51,929 bases of DNA from a virus (Duplodnaviria > Caudoviricetes): positions 1 through 51,929 of IMG/VR virus record IMGVR_UViG_3300032017_000002. One strand, written 5' to 3'. Positions 45,675-51,929 of this stretch are shown here, one piece after another. Under the pieces are notes generated by a model. It ran no database searches. It was not told the origin of the DNA and saw only the letters and a list, made by a program, of their open reading frames with translations. The position numbers and the translations under genes are program-made. How positions within the stretch are numbered: the stretch's first letter is position 1; each line of letters opens with the position of its first letter.

Positions 45675-45844
45675 GTCGTGCGCTGGTCTGCGGGAACGTA
45701 GATCAGCTACCCTCGCGCCAGCAGCACCGAGGTCGACACCCCTCACCGAGGCCGGCACCCCGCGAGAGCAGCACCCCGGCAGGTAGGTAGGCACCCCGAC
45801 ACGTAGGTGGGTCGAGTCCATCCCCATCTGTCGGGAGTCCCCCC

Positions 45845-47179
45845 GTGCCCAACCCGTACCTGCAGACCCTGCACGACAAGTACACCCAGCTCCAGACCGC
45901 CATGGCGGCGGTCAAGGAGAAGGCCGTCACCGAGAACCGCGACCTGTCCGAGGACGAGCTGACCTCGGTGCGCGGCATGGCCGAGCAGGGCGCCCCCCTG
46001 CTGCGCCAGATCGAAGACCTCACCGAGGTGGAGCTTCGCGACCGCAAGGTTCAGGAGCTGGCCGCCCAGATCTCCGGCGACGCGACCGCCGAGGCGGTGC
46101 GCGCGCGCACCGATCCCGAGCTGACCTCGGTGACCCGCACGCGCCCGGGCGCGCAGCCGCTCGCGCGCACGCAGGATCGCGACCCCGGGCACTACACCCG
46201 GTCCGCGCCGAACTCGTTCTTCGGCGACCTGCACCGGTCGCGCCACGGTGACGACGACGCGGCGCGCCGGCTCGCCGAGCACAACCGCGCGCTGACCACC
46301 GGGTCGGCCGGCGCCGGCGTGGTGCCGCCGCACTGGCTGACCGACGAGTTCGAACTCCTGGCCCGCCAGGGCCGCGCGCTGGCCTCGGCGGTGCGCAACA
46401 TCGGACTGGGTAGCGATCCGCGCCCGATCACGCTGCCCAAGCAGACCACCGGCACCGACGCCGAGATCGTCGAGCAGTCCGCGGAGAACGACGCGACCGA
46501 GGATGACGACGCCTGGGCCTCGAGCACGGACACGGTGACCCCGAAGCCCACGGCGGGCATCCAGATCGTGTCGCGCCAGATGCTGGACATGTCCAGCCCG
46601 GCGATCGATCTGCTGATCTACGGCGACATGTTGGCCGCGTACAATCTCAAGATCGAGAAGAAGGTCGGCGCCGCCATGGTGACGGCCGCGTCCACCGCGG
46701 TGACGACCTTCGCCACCGAGGCGGCGTTCCAGACCGACCAGGACGCCTACGACGCGGTCGTGGACACCTCGATCGCGGTGCGCAACGCGCGCAAGCTGCC
46801 GGCGGACTTGATCGCCATGGGCATCGTCCGCTACGGCGAGTTCCTCAAGCTCAAGGACGCCGACGGTCGCCCGCTGATCGTCGAGAACTCCATGGGTCCG
46901 ATGAACGCCATCGGCGTGGGCACCGTGCAGGTCGACGGCCGGCTGGCCGGCCTCGGGATCATCGCCACCGACGGCGTGTCGACCGGCAGCTACCCGGAGT
47001 CGGTCATCGTCGCCCGCGCGGCGGACACGATCCTCTTCGAGTCCGACACCCTGCGCTTCCGCTACGAGGAGCCCCTCGGTCCGGAGAGCGTCAAGTTGGG
47101 CGTCTGGGGCTACAGCGCGGTCATCGTCCGCCAGGCCGGCAAGTCGGTGAAGCGCTTCGTCGTGACGGCGGCCAGCTGA
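45845..47179 (+). CDS. Major capsid protein (HK97 fold, N-terminal coiled-coil delta domain)
   Basis: 'ENRDLSEDE' delta domain, 'RALTTG..GAGVVPP.WL', 'SRQMLD.SSP', 'LKDADGRPL'; 444 aa. Confidence 0.92.
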   Translation: MPNPYLQTLHDKYTQLQTAMAAVKEKAVTENRDLSEDELTSVRGMAEQGAPLLRQIEDLTEVELRDRKVQELAAQISGDATAEAVRARTDPELTSVTRTRPGAQPLARTQDRDPGHYTRSAPNSFFGDLHRSRHGDDDAARRLAEHNRALTTGSAGAGVVPPHWLTDEFELLARQGRALASAVRNIGLGSDPRPITLPKQTTGTDAEIVEQSAENDATEDDDAWASSTDTVTPKPTAGIQIVSRQMLDMSSPAIDLLIYGDMLAAYNLKIEKKVGAAMVTAASTAVTTFATEAAFQTDQDAYDAVVDTSIAVRNARKLPADLIAMGIVRYGEFLKLKDADGRPLIVENSMGPMNAIGVGTVQVDGRLAGLGIIATDGVSTGSYPESVIVARAADTILFESDTLRFRYEEPLGPESVKLGVWGYSAVIVRQAGKSVKRFVVTAAS

Positions 47180-47388
47180 TGGCGGCCATCAAGGCACCGG
47201 CCCGGGTGGGTGATCTGTCCGGCGACCTGCGGGCGGTCACCTTCCGGGTCGGCACCGGCACCCTTGCCGCCCGCCAGTCGGCGATCACCGCACCGACCGG
47301 CGGGGGCACCGTGGATGCCGAGGCTCGCACGGCGATCAACACCGTGATCACCGTGCTGGAGACCTTCGGCATGGTCACTCCGAACTAG
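47179..47388 (+). CDS. Small head-associated (decoration/fibre-like) protein
   Basis: 'AI.APTGG.TVDAEAR.AIN.VI..LE..G'. Confidence 0.55.
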   Translation: MAAIKAPARVGDLSGDLRAVTFRVGTGTLAARQSAITAPTGGGTVDAEARTAINTVITVLETFGMVTPN

Positions 47389-47399
47389 AGGGGCTGACC

Positions 47400-47675
47400 A
47401 TGGCGTTCGCCGTCCAGAAGGTCACGGTGCTGGGCACCTTCCCGTCCAAGCTGATCTATACGGCCGGTGCGGACGACCAGGAGGTGCGGCTGTTCACCAG
47501 CTCGTCCTACGGGGTGTCCATCGGTGGCTCGGCGCTGCTCAGCGCGTCCGACGGGATCTCGTCGGACGCGCTGGACGGCTGGATCACGGTCACCGCCGGA
47601 GACGAACTCTGGGCGGTGCGCGACTCCCCCGGTGACGCGATCGTGACCCTGCTCGTGCGCAGCGAGACCGCATGA
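47400..47675 (+). CDS. Small virion structural protein
   Basis: Beta-rich; lies in the head-tail region. Confidence 0.5.
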   Translation: MAFAVQKVTVLGTFPSKLIYTAGADDQEVRLFTSSSYGVSIGGSALLSASDGISSDALDGWITVTAGDELWAVRDSPGDAIVTLLVRSETA

Positions 47676-48031
47676 GCTGGCCGCCGAGTCTGGACCTGCT
47701 CAAGCGGGACCAGAAGATCACCGATACCCGCGACGACGTGCGTCTACAGGACATGCTCGACGCGGCGGTGGCCTTCGTGCAGCGCTTCCACGACGGGCGC
47801 TTCGACTTCGGCGAGGTGCCCGAGGACGTCACGGCCGATCCGCTCCCCATCCCGGACGCCGACATGGCGCTCGGGACCGTCCGGCTGGCCGTCCGCTGGA
47901 GTGTGCGCGGGCGGTCGCCGGACGGGATCGTGCAGTCCGGCGAGCTGGGCACCAACCGGGTGCCCAGCTTCGACGCCGACATCGACCGCAAGCTGCGTAT
48001 CGGCCGTCACGCGCCCTCGGTGATCGCATGA
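47672..48031 (+). CDS. Head-tail adaptor (HK97 gp6-like)
   Basis: 'DDVRLQ.MLDAAVAFV...LGTVRLA.RW...R.SPDG...FDADI...L.IGR'. Confidence 0.8.
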   Translation: MSWPPSLDLLKRDQKITDTRDDVRLQDMLDAAVAFVQRFHDGRFDFGEVPEDVTADPLPIPDADMALGTVRLAVRWSVRGRSPDGIVQSGELGTNRVPSFDADIDRKLRIGRHAPSVIA

Positions 48032-48429
48032 GCGCCCCCGGCCAGCTCACCCCGGCCGAGCAGGCGGTCGGCTCGCAGACCGCCACCTGGGCGGCGCGCG
48101 AGGCGCTGCTGAGCGCCTGCCTGGCGGTGCCCGGCCTGCGCGCCTACCTGCCCGGCGACGACCTCGAGCCGCCGGCGGTGCTGGTCAGCCCGCCGCAGCT
48201 GACCTGGAGGACCGCTTCGTCTCAGCCCAGCGAGGCGGTCTTCCAGGTCGTCGTGGTGGTGGGCGCATCCGAGCGCGCGCTGGAGCAGCTCGATGCGCTG
48301 GTGCCGCAGGTGGCCGAGGCGATCGACGGGTCCGGGGTCGGGGTGGTCCGCACGGCCGAGCCGGGCACCTGGGACGTCGGCGCCATTCCGCTGCCCGCCT
48401 ATTTCATCGAAACGGAAGTAGCGCTATGA
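48028..48429 (+). CDS. Tail terminator-like protein
   Basis: 'PPAVLV.PP.L.W...LD.LV..V...LPAY'; directly before the major tail gene. Confidence 0.65.
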   Translation: MSAPGQLTPAEQAVGSQTATWAAREALLSACLAVPGLRAYLPGDDLEPPAVLVSPPQLTWRTASSQPSEAVFQVVVVVGASERALEQLDALVPQVAEAIDGSGVGVVRTAEPGTWDVGAIPLPAYFIETEVAL

Positions 48430-48842
48430 CCGCTGCACACAACCGCAAGCTCCGGGAGATGACCGTCACCATCGGCGGTGTCTCTTTCGAGAACCAGCTG
48501 GTGACCGCCGAGATCCAGAACAACACCGACGACGGCACCGTTTTCCACACCTTCGGCGGGGACGACGGCAGCTTCGTCGAGGCGGCCGACGACTCCTACG
48601 CGCTGAACCTGGTCATGTACTCGGACTGGCGCAGTGCGGGGGTCTCGGACTGGCTCTGGGACAACGACGGCGAGACCGTCGACTTCACGCTGGTGCACCA
48701 CCCGAACACGGTCGGCGAGACCGTGCAGTGGGACGGCGAGGTGCTGATCAAGGCGCCGACGGTCGGCGGCGAGGTGCGCACCACCGAGCAGACCTCGGTG
48801 GTGCTGCAGTGCCCGGCCAAGCCCACCAAGTCGCGGCCCTGA
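48426..48842 (+). CDS. Major tail protein
   Basis: 138 aa, acidic; 'SDW...GVSDWLW.N.G..V.F...P...W.G.V....P.VGG'. Confidence 0.8.
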   Translation: MTAAHNRKLREMTVTIGGVSFENQLVTAEIQNNTDDGTVFHTFGGDDGSFVEAADDSYALNLVMYSDWRSAGVSDWLWDNDGETVDFTLVHHPNTVGETVQWDGEVLIKAPTVGGEVRTTEQTSVVLQCPAKPTKSRP

Positions 48843-48868
48843 TGATCTGTCCGTAGGAGGACTCCCCC

Positions 48869-49378
48869 ATGGCACTCACCTCGTCTGTGCGCCTCGCTCT
48901 GCAGGGCGTGCAACAGAACACTGTCGATCTCGGCACCTCGCAGGCCCGGCGGACCGTCGAGCTGGCGGTCAGCCTGGCGGCCGGTACCGGCGCCGGCCAG
49001 GCCGACCTGGTCTTCGCCGACACCCGCACGCTGGCCGCGTCCGGCACCGAGGATCTCGACCTGGCGGGCGCGCTCGCGGATGCGTTCGGCGTCGCCCAGG
49101 TCTTCGCCCGGGTGAAGGCGATCGCGGTCAAGGCGGCCAGCGGCAACACCAACAACGTGCAGGTGACCCGCCCGGCCAGCAACGGGCTGGTGCTGTTCAT
49201 GGCGGCCGGGGACGGCATCGCCCTGCGGCCCGGGATGATGTTCGCCACGGCGGCAGGCTCGGCCGACGCCACCGGCATCGCGGTCACCGCCGGCACCGGC
49301 GACCTGCTGACCATCACCAACTCCGCCGGCTCGACCACGGTGACCTACGACATCGTGATCATCGGGTGCAGCGCATGA
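48869..49378 (+). CDS. Virion structural protein (tail-associated)
   Basis: AGGAGG RBS; 'GTGAGQAD..F.DTRTLAAS.TEDLDL.G...D.FG...F..VK...VTAGTGDLL...V.YDI..IG' conserved phage family. Confidence 0.65.
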   Translation: MALTSSVRLALQGVQQNTVDLGTSQARRTVELAVSLAAGTGAGQADLVFADTRTLAASGTEDLDLAGALADAFGVAQVFARVKAIAVKAASGNTNNVQVTRPASNGLVLFMAAGDGIALRPGMMFATAAGSADATGIAVTAGTGDLLTITNSAGSTTVTYDIVIIGCSA

Positions 49379-49656
49379 TCAGCTACCGCTGCACTCCCGA
49401 GGACGGGGAGACCTACGACCTGGTTGCCGACTCCCGCGACATCCTGGAGTGGGAGCTGGCCAAGCCCTCGCGGTACTTCGGCCAGCTGCAGGCCAAGCCC
49501 GCGCTCGCCGACCTGGTGGAGATCGCCTACTTCGCCTCGCGCCGGCGCAAGTTCTGGACCGGCGAGTACGGCGAGTTCCGCCGCCAGGTGCAGGTGGAGC
49601 CGACCGCGGGCGCCGAGGAGTCCGGCGTCATGGACCCTACCCAGTCGGAAGTCTGA
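49375..49656 (+). CDS. Tail assembly chaperone (lambda G-like)
   Basis: 'RDILEWE' and C-terminal 'MDPT'; located between the major tail and TMP genes. Confidence 0.7.
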   Translation: MISYRCTPEDGETYDLVADSRDILEWELAKPSRYFGQLQAKPALADLVEIAYFASRRRKFWTGEYGEFRRQVQVEPTAGAEESGVMDPTQSEV

Positions 49657-49787
49657 GGCGGCTCATCGTGCAGCTCGCTCTGACGACCGGGATCCCGGTG
49701 GTGTCGTGGCTCGCGGGTGACCCGCGAGACATCGACACGGCGCTGGCGATCCTGGTCGAGCAGCAGGAGCGACGCGATGGCCCGTGA
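49632..49787 (+). other. Probable -1 frameshift extension of the tail assembly chaperone (GT-like)
   Basis: The -1 frame reads 'PYPVGSLRRLIVQLALTTGIPVVSW...DIDTALAIL' with no convincing own RBS/start; candidate slip site GGACCCTACCC. Confidence 0.6.
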
Positions 49788-50226
49788 CTTCCTGGACATC
49801 AAGGTGCGCGGCGCGCGTGAGGTGATGCGCGCGCTGGACGCGCTGCCCGCCGACGCGCGGCGCGAGGCGCGCCGAGGCGCGGTCGAACTCTCGCGCGAAC
49901 TCGCGCGCATCGTGCGCGCGGCTGGGCGGGCGGACACCCGCCAGAGCGCGCGGGCCGCGCGCACAGTGCGCACCGCGACCGCGGGCACCAACCCGGCGGT
50001 GGTGGCCGGTCCGCACCCGCTGCTGTTCGGCAGCGAGTTCGGGATCAAGCGTCGGACCGGCTGGTACGCCGCCGGGCGTTACGACGACTCGCCCGCCAGG
50101 CAGTTCCGTCGGCACCGGGGCAACCAGTCCTACTGGTTCTTCAAGGCCCAGGACGAGGCCGCCCCGAAGATCCGCCGGGCGCACCAGGAGATGGTTGACG
50201 CGATCGTGCGCAGCTGGAGCGCGTAG
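49777..50226 (+). CDS. HK97 gp10-like tail completion protein
   Basis: 'IKVRGAREV.RAL..LP...LFGSEFG...QF..H.G..SYWFF'. Confidence 0.65.
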   Translation: MARDFLDIKVRGAREVMRALDALPADARREARRGAVELSRELARIVRAAGRADTRQSARAARTVRTATAGTNPAVVAGPHPLLFGSEFGIKRRTGWYAAGRYDDSPARQFRRHRGNQSYWFFKAQDEAAPKIRRAHQEMVDAIVRSWSA

Positions 50227-51929
50227 TGGCATCGGTCAGCAGCGTTATCAGCATCACGATCGCCGCGTCGGTGGTCGGGGTGGAGCGCGCCGCGCTGCGG
50301 GTGCGTGCGGCCGTGCGCTCGATGAACGATGCCGTCAAGGAGAACGAGGAGCTACTAGACAAGTCCACCACGGCGATCCGTGGGTTCGCGGGCGTGGTGA
50401 CCAAGCTGGGCACGATCGGCACCGTCGCGCCGCTGATCGCTGGCGTGACCACCTCGCTGGCCAGCCTGGCGCCGGTCGCCTTCGTGGCGGTCGGCGCGAT
50501 CGGCGCCCTGGTGGCGGCGAAGGCGACGTTCAAGCTGGCCACCCAGGGATTCGCCGATGCGGTCGGCGGGGATGCCGATGCGCTGGCCAAGCTGGCGCCG
50601 GCGGCACGCCAGACCGTGCGCGCGATCGATGAGCTGCGTCCGGCGTTCGACGGCCTGCGCCGCGAGACCCAACAGCGGTTCTTCGAGGGGTTCGCCGACG
50701 ATCTGCGCGCCATCAGCAACACCTACCTGCCGGTACTGAAGGCGCGCCTGCCCGAGATCGCGGGCGAGTTCAACGCCATGGGTCGGGCGTTGACCAAGGC
50801 GCTGACCGCGCCGTCCGGCCAGAACGACGTCAACGAGGTGCTGATCAGCACCGTCGACACGCTGCGCAACATGCGCCCGGCGCTGGCCGACGTGGCTGAC
50901 GGCATCCTCGGTATCGCGGGCGTGGGCGCGCGCCACCTGCCCGGACTGGGCACCGCGATCAGCGACGTGGCGGCCCGGTTCCGGGACTGGGTCGACACCT
51001 CGGTGGAGAACGGCGACCTGGAAGACATGATCGACCGGGCGCTGGCGGGGTTCGCCAGCCTCGGGCGCACCGTCGGCAACGTCGGGGCGATCATCGGCGA
51101 CGTGTTCACCGGCCTGGCACAGGGGGCCGGCAAGGACTTCCTGACCACGATCGAGGACGCGACCGGCAAGCTGGCCGACCTGGCGGGCAGCGAGCAGATC
51201 CAGGCCGGCCTGGGCGCCATCGGCGAGACCTTCGCGACCGCGGGCGAGCAGATCCAGAACGTGTTCTTCACCGCGTTGAACGAGGCTGTCGCCCCGGCGC
51301 TGGTGGAGCTGCAGCCGCTGCTGACCGAGATCGTCGAAGTGGTCGGCACGGCGCTGACCAACGCGCTGGCGATCGTCGGGCCGCTGCTGCGTGACTTCGC
51401 CCGGTTCCTGTCGGACAACAAGGAGATCATTGCGGACCTGGCGCCGCTGGTGATCGGGTTGTGGGCAGCATTCAAGGGCTACACGATCGTCACCACCGCG
51501 TCGGCGGCCCTGGCGCCGCTGGTCGCCCGGCTGGGCGGGCTGTCGCGGATCCTGCGGGTCGGTGGCCTGATCGTTGGGCTGGGCGCGGTCGCGGTCGAGA
51601 TCGACAAGATCAACCAGGCGGCGGCCCAGAACGAGGGTCGCCCGCTCACCGACATGGAAGACAACCTCGCCGACATCGTCGGCGGGGGCCGCCAGATCGC
51701 TGAGCTGGACTTCCCTGGGATCTTCGCCGACATCGGCGACGAGATCCACACGCTGCGGACCGGGTTCCTGGAGGGGACCAGCCCGATCGGCGCGTTCAAG
51801 GACAAGTTCCTTGAGCTGAACCTCACCGTGCGTGATTTCTTCGTCGATGCCGGCAATCGGGTCATCGGGTTCTTCACCACCGACTTCCCGAATGCCATCA
51901 ACGGGATTGCCGACAGCATCGGGACGTTT
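50226..51929 (+). CDS. Tape measure protein, N-terminal part (open to the right edge; missed by the ORF track)
   Basis: GTG at 50226 overlapping TAG; by my reading 568 codons without a stop (ASVSSVISITIAAS...ALAKLAPAAR...QQRFFEG...FFTTDFPNAINGIADSIGTF). Confidence 0.88.
   Translation, partial: MASVSSVISITIAASVVGVERAALRVRAAVRSMNDAVKENEELLDKSTTAIRGFAGVVTKLGTIGTVAPLIAGVTTSLASLAPVAFVAVGAIGALVAAKATFKLATQGFADAVGGDADALAKLAPAARQTVRAIDELRPAFDGLRRETQQRFFEGFADDLRAISNTYLPVLKARLPEIAGEFNAMGRALTKALTAPSGQNDVNEVLISTVDTLRNMRPALADVADGILGIAGVGARHLPGLGTAISDVAARFRDWVDTSVENGDLEDMIDRALAGFASLGRTVGNVGAIIGDVFTGLAQGAGKDFLTTIEDATGKLADLAGSEQIQAGLGAIGETFATAGEQIQNVFFTALNEAVAPALVELQPLLTEIVEVVGTALTNALAIVGPLLRDFARFLSDNKEIIADLAPLVIGLWAAFKGYTIVTTASAALAPLVARLGGLSRILRVGGLIVGLGAVAVEIDKINQAAAQNEGRPLTDMEDNLADIVGGGRQIAELDFPGIFADIGDEIHTLRTGFLEGTSPIGAFKDKFLELNLTVRDFFVDAGNRVIGFFTTDFPNAINGIADSIGTF

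Noticed and set aside
44698-45827. ORFs overlapping the array on both strands (e.g. 44698-45633, 45070-45498)
   Set aside because: Low-complexity A/R/G/W/P/C translations; a 5-nt period is inconsistent with codon structure and no RBS is evident.

Overview
Near-complete genome of a very GC-rich (by eye >70%) actinobacterial siphovirus. The assembly is opened inside the tape-measure gene: the 3' half is at 3-1298 and the 5' half at 50226-51929. Layout: tail tip and minor tail genes (1.3-9.0 kb, +); a leftward early/recombination arm (9.0-23.0 kb, -) with RusA, SF2 helicase, PD-(D/E)XK exonuclease, an SSB-like gene and five leaderless promoters carrying paired ACCCCGGGGT operators; a rightward arm (23-36.6 kb) with HTH regulators, a methyltransferase, an extra terminase-like ATPase/nuclease, primase-helicase plus putative origin, TerS and HNH; then holin, TerL, an extended portal, endolysin, protease, capsid and tail genes. 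I recognised no integrase. The main observation is a cassette at about 43.8-45.7 kb between the prohead protease and major capsid genes. It holds a stand-alone Cas7/RAMP-like gene, a winged-helix/coiled-coil gene, and a non-coding array of four tracts of in-phase GGC-NN pentamers separated by three 52-bp tRNA-like repeats and closed by a UUCG hairpin. This looks like a phage-encoded, non-CRISPR RNA-guided system whose specificity would lie in the variable dinucleotides. All protein calls come from motif recognition by eye; no searches were run.
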